Assembly: GCA_045537705.1 (NCBI GenBank)
Contig: JAZSPY010000117.1
Coordinates: forward strand, 1-62,151
Length of the DNA stretch: 62,151 nucleotides
Origin: Clostridia bacterium
GTDB taxonomy: Bacteria; Bacillota; Clostridia; Christensenellales; QALW01
Direction of reading: 5' to 3'
The notes under the pieces are model-generated. The model had not been told where the DNA came from. It saw only the letters and a program-made list of their open reading frames with translations, and ran no database searches. Numbering within the stretch: position 1 is the first letter of the stretch; each line of letters starts with the position of its first letter. The position numbers and the translations under genes are program-made. Below, piece after piece: positions 1 through 7,489 of the stretch.

Positions 1-2
1 AG

Positions 3-263
3 GGAATTTACTTATTGGTAGAAAACTCTCGAACCGAAAGCATAATTGTTAACATAGCAGAAGTGTCACTAAACGATACTATGCAAGCTGTAATACAACC
101 ACAGATGCCCTTACATTTAACTTCACCCGGTAAACAATCAAAGCAACCTTTTGTATTTTCGGGCGTAAAAGACTTAAATGGAAAAGCACAATTTAAAATT
201 AAAGTGATGAATGAAAACTTCGAAGAGTTGTTCGTAAGTGATTTTGTAGAAGTATCTTTTTGA
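3..263 (+). CDS. C-terminal fragment of an unidentified protein (frame open to window edge)
   Basis: The frame has no stop from nt 3 to the TGA at 261-263. The listed start at 15 is TTG, so the gene probably begins upstream of the window. No motif recognised. Confidence 0.3.
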   Translation, partial: GIYLLVENSRTESIIVNIAEVSLNDTMQAVIQPQMPLHLTSPGKQSKQPFVFSGVKDLNGKAQFKIKVMNENFEELFVSDFVEVSF

Positions 264-478
264 TAAAATTATTATTTCTAAATCCGTTTTGAATACTTAA
301 AATAAACGGCAAATTACAATAATTCATTAAATTTCACATCTTATATTTTGAAATATTGCTTTTCAGGAATTGAGAGTGTTATATACATCAATCAGTGGCT
401 ATGTACTGTTTTTGACTGCGAAAAAACTAGTATTTATGCGGGTTTGCGCTTGATTACTATAACGCTACTCCGACCATC

Positions 479-515
479 AAAAAAAGGACATCCTACACGG
501 GATGTCCTTTTTTTG
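479..515. terminator. Bidirectional intrinsic terminator
   Basis: A 9-bp stem AGGACATCC (485-493) pairs with GGATGTCCT (500-508) around a 6-nt loop. It is flanked by an A-run (479-485) and a T-run (508-515). Confidence 0.6.
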
Positions 516-547
516 ATTTGCGACAGGATTCGAAACTTGAGAAGGTA

Positions 548-580
548 TAAAAACAAAAAGCAGATTTATTTAATCTGCTT
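548..580 (-). terminator. Intrinsic terminator of the YwaF-like gene
   Basis: A 9-bp stem AAGCAGATT (558-566) pairs with AATCTGCTT (572-580). The A-rich tract at 550-559 gives a U-run on the minus strand. The hairpin overlaps the stop codon at 570-572. Confidence 0.5.
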
Positions 581-1337
581 TCTTTTTATTTATAATATGA
601 CGAACCCCATAAAAAGCCAGGATATAAAGCACAAATAAACCAACAACGCTTAACGGATAAAGCACTTTATTTCCGTTTACAAGGCTATAAAGGATTTCAT
701 AAGGCGTGCCATCGCCACGCACTAAAAACATATAGTTATAATCAAGTAAAATATTGGCTACGTAAGCGGCTATACAAAAACCGAATAAAATTGAAAACGT
801 TATAACGATATTCTTCTTTTTTAAGGTTAAAAGCCCTGAAATCATTATGTAAAGCGATGCAAAGCCCGATATAGAATGTGTTATACCTGAAACAACGTTA
901 TCAAAGCATAAAACAGGATAAGTGCCATAGTTGTTGCCTGCACCGTAGGTGCCAAGCAACGCGCCAAGAATACCAAATATTGCAACAAAATCCATCGCCG
1001 CTTCTTTGGTTCTTCCCTTTGCAAATGCCGCTAATGGAATAGTTATAAGCTGAATACTGCATAAAAACAAAGGAAGATCATAAAGCCAACCCATAGGGTC
1101 GTTACTGCGAAAACATACAAGCACTATTTTAAAAAGTTCAAGCCCGTCTATTAAAAGGGCTGAATAAATAAGCGGTAGATTTTTTTCTTTTTCGCTTTTA
1201 TTTTTATGTTTTTTACCCATAAGCACCGCTAAAAGTACCATGATTATCATTAAAAATGTTACAAAAGCAATGTGCTCAAATGATAAAAATCCTTCAGGTT
1301 CTCTTACATATCCCCCGAAACCAAAAAACTCTTTCAT
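570..1337 (-). CDS. Integral membrane protein, YwaF/TIGR02206-like
   Basis: 255 aa with about 7 TM segments. The motif DLPLFLCSIQL resembles the LPLHLCS signature of the YwaF family. Confidence 0.55.
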   Translation of the reverse strand: MKEFFGFGGYVREPEGFLSFEHIAFVTFLMIIMVLLAVLMGKKHKNKSEKEKNLPLIYSALLIDGLELFKIVLVCFRSNDPMGWLYDLPLFLCSIQLITIPLAAFAKGRTKEAAMDFVAIFGILGALLGTYGAGNNYGTYPVLCFDNVVSGITHSISGFASLYIMISGLLTLKKKNIVITFSILFGFCIAAYVANILLDYNYMFLVRGDGTPYEILYSLVNGNKVLYPLSVVGLFVLYILAFYGVRHIINKKKAD

Positions 1338-1440
1338 GTTAAAACTTCTTTCGTGTTTTTTTACATTATACCAAACTTTTCTGTTTTTGTATATACTTGT
1401 CTTATTTTGTTGATTTTTGTCAAAATTTTTGTTGCTTGTA

Positions 1441-1469
1441 TTGACAAACCAAATATGTAATAATATAAT
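1441..1469 (+). promoter_or_regulatory. Sigma-A type promoter for the capA-like gene
   Basis: TTGACA (1441-1446), a 17-nt spacer, then TATAAT (1464-1469). It lies about 30 nt upstream of the GGAGG RBS and the ATG at 1500. Confidence 0.55.
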
Positions 1470-1499
1470 ATTTTTAGTTTTTTACGGAGGTAAAAATAT

Positions 1500-2798
1500 A
1501 TGAAAACATCCTTTTGTGCTGTTGGCGATATGCTTGTTCAAAGAAGAATTCCTAAAGAAAGCGAAGGCTTTAAAGAAGTTAGCGAGTATTTAAAAAAAGC
1601 AGATGTAAAATACGTTAACCTTGAAACCACTTTGCACCGCGGTGAGCACTATCCTAACCAGTTTAACGGTGGCAGTTATTTAAGGTGCGATCCTGAAATA
1701 TTAGATGATATAAAAGAATACGGCTTTAATATGTTAAGTTTTGCCAACAATCATTCTATGGATTTCGGCCACGGCGGTCTTTTATCAACAAAAAAAGCAG
1801 TTGATGAGGCAGGCATAAAAAACGCAGGTGTAGGCAACAACATTGATGAGGCTTCTGCCCCTTGTTATATTGATACACCTAACGGCAGAATTGCTTTAAT
1901 CGGCGTTGTTTCTTCAATGGAAAACCACGCCGCTATGGCAGGTCCCCAATCAAGAAGATATCCCGGCCGCCCGGGTGTAAACGGCTTAAGAATTGATGAA
2001 AGCGTTGTTGTTACAAAAGAACAATTTGAAGCCATTAAACAAATAGAAGAATTAAGCAAAATCAATGCACAAAAGAACATTGAAAGAGCAGAAGGCTATT
2101 ATCCCCCTGTACCTGAAGGCTTTGCTTCATTAAAAGATTTAAAGTTCCAGTTAGGTGATGAAACCAAGTTTGAAACTCACCCCAATCCTGAAGATCTTGC
2201 ACGTGTTGAAAAGGCTATTTACGAAGCACAGATGCAGGCTGATTATATTTTAATTACAGTTCATTCCCACGAACTTTCAGGGGATAAAAAGGAAAATCCT
2301 GCACAGTTCTTACAGGAGTTTGCTCGTTTTTGTATTGATAAAGGCGCCCACGCCGTTATCGGCCACGGTCCCCACCTTTTAAGACCTGTTGAAATTTACA
2401 AAGGTTGCCCCATTTTCTATTCACTTGGCAACTTTGTTATTCACAACGAATGCATCCCCTATGCCCCTGAAGAAATGTATAAAATGCAAGGGCTTACAAG
2501 CGATGCAACTATGCGTGAGTTTTTCTGCAAACGTTCTAAAAACTATACTCGCGGTTTAATGCGCGATAGAAGAATGCTTGAATCTGTTATTCCTTATTTT
2601 GAGTTCACCGATGGCAAGCTTACCCATTTAGAACTTATGCCCATTGAACTTAATTTTGATCTTCCCGTTTGGCGTAGCGGTAACCCAAGATTTTCTGATA
2701 AACATAATATTATTGAACGCCTTAGGGATATGTCCAAAGAATTTGCCACCACCATTACCATTGATGAACGTGGGTATGGGATAGTTGATATTAAATAA
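1500..2798 (+). CDS. CapA family (PGA_cap) metallophosphatase-like protein
   Basis: 432 aa. The motifs VNLETT, FANNHSMDFG, HSHE and IGHGPH are typical of CapA/YwtB poly-gamma-glutamate capsule family proteins. Confidence 0.8.
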   Translation: MKTSFCAVGDMLVQRRIPKESEGFKEVSEYLKKADVKYVNLETTLHRGEHYPNQFNGGSYLRCDPEILDDIKEYGFNMLSFANNHSMDFGHGGLLSTKKAVDEAGIKNAGVGNNIDEASAPCYIDTPNGRIALIGVVSSMENHAAMAGPQSRRYPGRPGVNGLRIDESVVVTKEQFEAIKQIEELSKINAQKNIERAEGYYPPVPEGFASLKDLKFQLGDETKFETHPNPEDLARVEKAIYEAQMQADYILITVHSHELSGDKKENPAQFLQEFARFCIDKGAHAVIGHGPHLLRPVEIYKGCPIFYSLGNFVIHNECIPYAPEEMYKMQGLTSDATMREFFCKRSKNYTRGLMRDRRMLESVIPYFEFTDGKLTHLELMPIELNFDLPVWRSGNPRFSDKHNIIERLRDMSKEFATTITIDERGYGIVDIK

Positions 2799-2799
2799 C

Positions 2800-2836
2800 A
2801 AAAAAGCAGACCGTTCGTCTGCTTTTTATTTTTTTG
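2800..2836 (+). terminator. Intrinsic terminator after capA-like gene
   Basis: Stem GCAGAC (2806-2811) pairs with GTCTGC (2817-2822), followed by TTTTTATTTTTTT. Confidence 0.6.
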
Positions 2837-2851
2837 AAACAATTAAGTTAT

Positions 2852-3214
2852 CTATTTATCTTTTTTAAAAAATCTTTTATACGTAAAATATAAACCTCCA
2901 ATCCAAAGCGGAATTGAAAATAATATTTGCATATATTTACCGTCAACGAAACTAATATAATCCCAGCATATCAAAAATCCAAACCAATATATTAAAAATG
3001 CAACTGTATATACTTTTTTTACATTAGCTGCCAATGTATCTTTTTTCATTATAATTAAAACATTCTTAAGCCCCAACCCAACAGCAAAAAAGATAAACGG
3101 CAGAACGATAACTTTTGTCAAAAAATCACTTGTATTAAACAATACTGTAAGTAATACCGTTGCAACAACGATTGAAGTAATGATTTGTTTCATGTAATGC
3201 CTCCATAAACCCAA
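2852..3214 (-). CDS. Small 4-TM membrane protein, unknown function
   Basis: 120 aa with four hydrophobic segments. A GGAGG sits 7 nt upstream of the ATG (complement of 3221-3225). No recognisable family. Confidence 0.5.
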   Translation of the reverse strand: MGLWRHYMKQIITSIVVATVLLTVLFNTSDFLTKVIVLPFIFFAVGLGLKNVLIIMKKDTLAANVKKVYTVAFLIYWFGFLICWDYISFVDGKYMQILFSIPLWIGGLYFTYKRFFKKDK

Positions 3215-3267
3215 ATTCTTCTAACTGATTATACCATAAAGAAAAACCGTTTGCAACCAAGTGATAC

Positions 3268-3467
3268 GGGATGCATTCCGCTTCGTGCCTTACCTGCATT
3301 AAATCACGGCAAAGCCGTGAATGTAATCAATGCAAAGCTTTGCATGTAATCGCAACTTTAGTTGCGTATGTTATCAAGCCGAAAAATACACCTTGCGGTG
3401 ATTGCATACACGCTGACGCGTGATTACATTCCGCTATCGCGGATTACATACCAACCCTTCGGCTTGG
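3268..3467. repeat. Array of short variable hairpins, each joined to a conserved 10-mer GATTACAT(T/A)C or its complement
   Basis: The plus strand reads GAATGTAATC at 3319, GCATGTAATC at 3342 and GTATGTTATC at 3366. It then reads the reverse-complement motif: GATTGCATAC at 3400, GATTACATTC at 3422 and GATTACATAC at 3442. Five of the six 10-mers directly follow a 4-7 bp hairpin of unrelated sequence, for example CACGGCaaaGCCGTG, TGCAAAGCTTTGCA, GCAACtttaGTTGC, ACGCtgacGCGT and CCGCtatcGCGG. The 3400 copy follows only a weak CCG...CGG pairing. Confidence 0.6.
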
Positions 3468-3468
3468 A

Positions 3469-3504
3469 TAAAAAACAAGACAGCCCGAAGACTGTCTTGT
3501 TTTT
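3469..3504 (-). terminator. Intrinsic terminator downstream of the tRNA pair
   Basis: Stem ACAAGACAG (3475-3483) pairs with CTGTCTTGT (3492-3500). The A-run at 3470-3475 gives a U-run on the minus strand, immediately after the tRNA-Leu 3' end. Confidence 0.65.
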
Positions 3505-3591
3505 TGGTGCCGGTGGTGGGACTCGAACCCACACGCCATCGCTGACAACGGATTTTGAGTCCGTCTCGTCTGCCAGTTCCAACACACCGGC
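3505..3591 (-). tRNA. tRNA-Leu(CAA), class II with long variable arm, encoded CCA
   Basis: The reverse complement reads GCCGGTG...GACGGACTCAAAATCCGT...GGTTCGAGTCCCACCACCGGCACCA. The acceptor stem GCCGGTG/CACCGGC pairs, the anticodon loop is CT-CAA-AA, and the length is 87 nt. Confidence 0.93.
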
Positions 3592-3618
3592 GTATGTTCA
3601 TAATTATTGTAATGAAAT

Positions 3619-3694
3619 TGGAGCTACCGGCCGGATTCGAACCGGCGACCTGTTCATTACGAGTGAACTGCTCTACCGACTGAGCCACGGTAGC
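3619..3694 (-). tRNA. tRNA-Thr(CGU), encoded CCA
   Basis: The reverse complement reads GCTACCGTGGCTCAGTCGGTAGAGCAGTTCACTCGTAATGAACAGGTCGCCGGTTCGAATCCGGCCGGTAGCTCCA. The acceptor stem GCTACCG/CGGTAGC pairs, and the anticodon stem GTTCA/TGAAC encloses loop CT-CGT-AA. Confidence 0.93.
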
Positions 3695-3712
3695 GTAGCA
3701 CATTTCTTACTT

Positions 3713-3740
3713 ATTATATCAAACTTTTGATTTTTGTCCA
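3713..3740 (-). promoter_or_regulatory. Candidate promoter of the tRNA-Thr/tRNA-Leu operon
   Basis: On the minus strand, TGGACA (3740-3735), a 16-nt spacer, then TATAAT (3718-3713). It lies about 20 nt upstream of the tRNA-Thr 5' end. Confidence 0.45.
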
Positions 3741-3761
3741 GTTTTTTTTACGGTTTACTAA

Positions 3762-3792
3762 ATAAAAAATCGGCAAGAGAAAATCTTGCCGA
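3762..3792 (-). terminator. Intrinsic terminator after zinc-ribbon membrane protein gene
   Basis: Stem TCGGCAAGA (3770-3778) pairs with TCTTGCCGA (3784-3792). The A-run at 3764-3769 gives a U-run on the minus strand. Confidence 0.6.
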
Positions 3793-3797
3793 ATATT

Positions 3798-4718
3798 TTA
3801 TTCCTTATTGCTTGTTTCTTCAGGTTCAACGCTATTTTGATTATAAATCAATATATCCGCTTCGTTTTTGAATCTTGATAAAACAACTGCGTATAAAATA
3901 TAAGCTATTCCCATAACGCCTGTTGCAATATCACCTGATAAAATGCCGGCTGCATTGATTCCGCCAATAACGTATAAGAAAATTACAAATCCTTCAGAAA
4001 CGTTTTTATTTATTTCGCCTTTTTCTACCATCTGTTTAACTGCGTTGATATTTTTTAATGCCAGTGAATTAAAAATAATGGTAATAATGCAACTGATAAC
4101 AAACGCAACACCAAAAATCGTTAAAAAAATAGAAATATAATCCACGGTTAAAAAATCCGTAACGTTAAAGCCTTCATAAAAAAAGCCACCCACCTGCATA
4201 ACAGCTTCCTCTAAAACTTCTATAAGCTCGTTCCATTCACTTGCAAACATAGATGCAAACTGCGGAACAAACATACCAATGGCTATAAAAACCAAACCGC
4301 CAAAGCCAAACACAATTGCACTTACAACTATTGTAAGGATTGATGCTACCCTTAATAAACTAAAGGCTGATTTATCGGTGGTGCTGTTTTTACCCATCAT
4401 TCTTATTTTCCATACGGCGATTAACGCTAAAATGCCTGAAATGGATAATGTGTTTCCTAAGCCTATTAGTGATAAGCCTAAGCCTACCGTTAAAAGAATT
4501 GTTGCAGTTAAAAACAGTTGCGAAGAACTCCATTTTTTTATTAAGGCAATAACGGAATTTTCTGTGTTTTCAGTTTTAATTTCTTCTTTAGGCATTTGAG
4601 TTTTTTCAAAAAATTCTTTTTCCGCCTGAGCCTCTTGCTGAACGTATAGCGATGCTCCGCAATTTTTACAAAACATTGCGTTATCAATATTTTCTGTGCC
4701 ACATTTTGAACAAAACAT
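3798..4718 (-). CDS. Zinc-ribbon domain membrane protein, unknown function
   Basis: 306 aa. The N-terminus MFCSKCGTEN...FCKNCG has CxxC...CxxC, and about 6 TM helices follow. Confidence 0.6.
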   Translation of the reverse strand: MFCSKCGTENIDNAMFCKNCGASLYVQQEAQAEKEFFEKTQMPKEEIKTENTENSVIALIKKWSSSQLFLTATILLTVGLGLSLIGLGNTLSISGILALIAVWKIRMMGKNSTTDKSAFSLLRVASILTIVVSAIVFGFGGLVFIAIGMFVPQFASMFASEWNELIEVLEEAVMQVGGFFYEGFNVTDFLTVDYISIFLTIFGVAFVISCIITIIFNSLALKNINAVKQMVEKGEINKNVSEGFVIFLYVIGGINAAGILSGDIATGVMGIAYILYAVVLSRFKNEADILIYNQNSVEPEETSNKE

Positions 4719-4739
4719 AATAAATTCTCCTTAATGTTA

Positions 4740-6389
4740 CTATGCAATAAAATGCCATTCATTTATGTTTATATATACCTGAGTTTCCCTTAAAACCGTG
4801 CCTGTGTTAAGTTTGCTTGTATATAAAAGAGTATTCATTTCAAAGAACAATCCGATTTGCGGCAACTCGTTTGCAACGGTTTTTTGTAGATTTAACACCT
4901 GCGTTTTAAGTTCAGGCAACGTTTTTGCCTTATCAATACTATTTAAATAACCGTTGGCATTTTGCGAAGAATATCCTGAAAGATTTCCATGTGCCCCTGA
5001 TTTAAATATAAAGTTAAGATTAGGTGTGTCCGTTAAATAATATCCGCTTAAAACCATATCATAATTGCGATTATTTACGGTATTTTTAAAAGTATTAAGA
5101 TCCTGGGCAACAATATTTACGTTTATGCCTAACATCTTTAAATTTTCTTTAATGTATTCGGCGGCTTCAAGCCTTATGGGGTTTGCCCTTTCGTTTATAA
5201 CTGCAAGGGAAACAGTTAAGGGCCCTGATGATGTATCAAGATAACCATCACCATCAGCATCTTTATACCCTAATTTATTTATAAGCTCTTTTGCCTGAAT
5301 AATATTATAATCGTATCTTGTAATCCCTACGTTTGAAAGTGATGAATCGTTAAATAGTGGCTGTTCTGCCCCTGTTGCTTTTTTAAGATACACGTTGTTT
5401 ATAATATCCGTTTTGTTGATACTGTAAGCAATAGCCTTGCGGAAAGACGGATCAGAAATGTAATTTCTTTGCAAGTTAAAAGCAACAAAAACGTAGTTGT
5501 GTGAAAGATAGTTTTTTTCGTTTACGTTATTAAGTATCTCATAGTTTTCAGTGGTTTTAAGGTTTGTGGGAACGCAATCAAGATCGCCAAGTTTAAAAGC
5601 ATCCAAACTGCTTTGAGTGTTTTCAAAACCAATTGCCTCTATTTTTTCTAAATAGGGTAATTTTTTCCACCATTTTGTGTTTACTGTTAAAACCATTTTT
5701 GTTTCTTCCGAAAAAGCAAGGCTATCTACTTTAAAGCAACCACTGCCTAAAGGAATATCTTTTGTGCTTTTATCCCTGCCTTCATAATAGTTCTGGGGAA
5801 TTACAGGGATATTAAGTGCATAAATCAAAGCATAACCTGATACCTTGGGGTGAATTATTAAAGTGTTACCATAGCCTTCAACACTTTGTATGTAATAAGA
5901 AAGATCCGTATAGTATATACTTTCAGGATCAGAAAGAATAGCATTTATGGTGTATGCCGCATCTGCCCCTGTAAGTTCACCAAGTTCGCCGTGCCAATGC
6001 ACGTTTGTTCTTAACTGAACGGTCCATACGTTTTTACTTTCATCGTACTTCCAGTTTTCAGCAATACAAGGCGAAGGCTCCATATTTTCATTAAATTTAA
6101 CAAGAGGCTCAAATATCATAGAATAGATATTACGCATCTGTGCTTCCTGAAGATATAATGGATGCATTGAATATGGATTCTTCGTCATAGGAATCCGCAA
6201 AGTGCCGCCCTGTGCTATTTCAAGTTTTTCCCCTTGAATTTGTGTTTGGGTTTCAGGGGGTAAAATAACTTCTTCCTTGTTTTCTTCCGGCCTGCATGCA
6301 CAGAACAAAATCAAAACAAGAGTAAAAGCTAATAATTTAACCGTAAATGTCTTTATACAGTTCAAAATAGGTTGAAACCTTTTTAACAT
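4740..6389 (-). CDS. ABC transporter substrate-binding lipoprotein, family 5 (peptide/nickel, OppA/DppA/MppA-like)
   Basis: The signal peptide plus lipobox is ...LVLILFCAC, and the body resembles SBP_bac_5. The start is set at the ATG giving MLKRFQ. The longer ORF to 6524 overlaps the SLT gene, and an alternative TTG lies at 6365. No cognate permease or ATPase is adjacent. Confidence 0.8.
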   Translation of the reverse strand: MLKRFQPILNCIKTFTVKLLAFTLVLILFCACRPEENKEEVILPPETQTQIQGEKLEIAQGGTLRIPMTKNPYSMHPLYLQEAQMRNIYSMIFEPLVKFNENMEPSPCIAENWKYDESKNVWTVQLRTNVHWHGELGELTGADAAYTINAILSDPESIYYTDLSYYIQSVEGYGNTLIIHPKVSGYALIYALNIPVIPQNYYEGRDKSTKDIPLGSGCFKVDSLAFSEETKMVLTVNTKWWKKLPYLEKIEAIGFENTQSSLDAFKLGDLDCVPTNLKTTENYEILNNVNEKNYLSHNYVFVAFNLQRNYISDPSFRKAIAYSINKTDIINNVYLKKATGAEQPLFNDSSLSNVGITRYDYNIIQAKELINKLGYKDADGDGYLDTSSGPLTVSLAVINERANPIRLEAAEYIKENLKMLGINVNIVAQDLNTFKNTVNNRNYDMVLSGYYLTDTPNLNFIFKSGAHGNLSGYSSQNANGYLNSIDKAKTLPELKTQVLNLQKTVANELPQIGLFFEMNTLLYTSKLNTGTVLRETQVYININEWHFIA

Positions 6390-6912
6390 AGTTTCTTGTC
6401 TCCTCGTAAGGAATATAGTAAAGAGTTTTTCCATCTTTTGAATATTTTTGATCGCTAAGCCACTTTTTAACGTTGCCCTCGCCACCGTTATATGCGGCAA
6501 GCACAAGGGGAACTTCGTTATCAAACCTGCCCATTAAATACGAAATATAACAACAGCCAAGTTTAATATTCGTTTCGGCGTCAAAAAGATTTTCCGGATT
6601 GATATTAAGCTTAAATTTTTCGTTAAGCCAAGTGGCAGTTTCGGGCATCAACTGCATAAGCCCCTTGGCCCCTACGTGAGATTCAGCGTCTTTATCAAAA
6701 CCGCTTTCTGCACAAATTACAGAATAAACAAGATATTTATCAAGTTCGTATTCCATTGAATATTTAGTAACGTATTCTTCAAACTTAATAGGTAACCGTT
6801 TTTTTATTGCAGTATTGCTCCAGAAAAAAGCAATATAAATTAAAACTGCAAGTATTATGGCGGTTATGATTATTTTAGGTAAATTTCTTACCAGATAACT
6901 TCTTTTACTCAT
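6337..6912 (-). CDS. Membrane-anchored lytic transglycosylase (SLT domain)
   Basis: 191 aa with an N-terminal TM. The motifs AESGF, GLMQLMP and AAYNGG are typical of goose-type lysozyme-like SLT. Confidence 0.85.
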   Translation of the reverse strand: MSKRSYLVRNLPKIIITAIILAVLIYIAFFWSNTAIKKRLPIKFEEYVTKYSMEYELDKYLVYSVICAESGFDKDAESHVGAKGLMQLMPETATWLNEKFKLNINPENLFDAETNIKLGCCYISYLMGRFDNEVPLVLAAYNGGEGNVKKWLSDQKYSKDGKTLYYIPYEETRNYVKKVSTYFELYKDIYG

Positions 6913-7489
6913 AATTTAATTCCTTTAAAATTTCATCTATCTGATTAAAGGTTTCTTGCATGGTGCCATTATTATCAATAACGAAATGCGCATATTTTTT
7001 TCTTTCTTCATCAGTTAACTGCCTTTCCATGCGTTTTTGCACTTCAAGTTTAGAAAGATTTGATCTTTTTATTGCCCTTAAAATTCTTTGTTCTTCGCAG
7101 GAAACAACAAGCATTACTTTATGGCATTTTTTATAAAGCTGGGCTTCAATTAAAAGGGGTGCATCAAGCACTACTATAGGCGCATCGTTATTTTCTTTTA
7201 ACTGTTTTTCCATTTCTTCATATATAAAAGGATGCACAATGGAATTTAAAAGTGCAGTGCGTTCTTTGTTTTCAAAACAATGCCTGCCTAATTTATGGCG
7301 GTCAAGCCTGCCATCAACAAAGAATTCCTTGCCGAAGGTTTTCATTACCTGTTTGGTTGCAGGCTTGTTTTTGCCTAAAACCTTATGGGATATTTTATCC
7401 GCATCAACAATAGGAATTCCTTTATTTTTTAAATAATTGCTTACGGTACTTTTGCCTGAAGCAATACCGCCTGTTAAACCTAATATCAT
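6905..7489 (-). CDS. coaE: Dephospho-CoA kinase
   Basis: MILGLTGGIASGKST contains the P-loop. The ATG at 7489 forms an ATGA overlap with the polA stop (7486-7488). Confidence 0.9.
   Translation of the reverse strand: MILGLTGGIASGKSTVSNYLKNKGIPIVDADKISHKVLGKNKPATKQVMKTFGKEFFVDGRLDRHKLGRHCFENKERTALLNSIVHPFIYEEMEKQLKENNDAPIVVLDAPLLIEAQLYKKCHKVMLVVSCEEQRILRAIKRSNLSKLEVQKRMERQLTDEERKKYAHFVIDNNGTMQETFNQIDEILKELNYE

Noticed and set aside
520-536. tRNA-like fragment GCGACAGGATTCGAAAC (minus strand reads TTCGAATCCTGTCGC), possibly an att-site remnant
   Set aside because: Only the T-loop and 3' half resemble a tRNA. The 5' T-stem partner does not pair, there is no cloverleaf, and no integrase is visible. 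It is too short to distinguish from chance.
348-638. 96-aa plus-strand ORF in the first intergenic region
   Set aside because: It spans two intrinsic terminator hairpins and the 3' end of the convergent membrane-protein gene. It has no RBS.
3362-3730. ORFs of 122 aa (+) and 89 aa (-) across the tRNA region
   Set aside because: They run straight through two canonical tRNA genes and a terminator, so they are not coding.
6390-6524. N-terminal 45-aa extension of the peptide-binding protein ORF
   Set aside because: The extension lies inside the SLT gene in another frame and precedes a perfectly good signal peptide and lipobox. An internal start is far more plausible.
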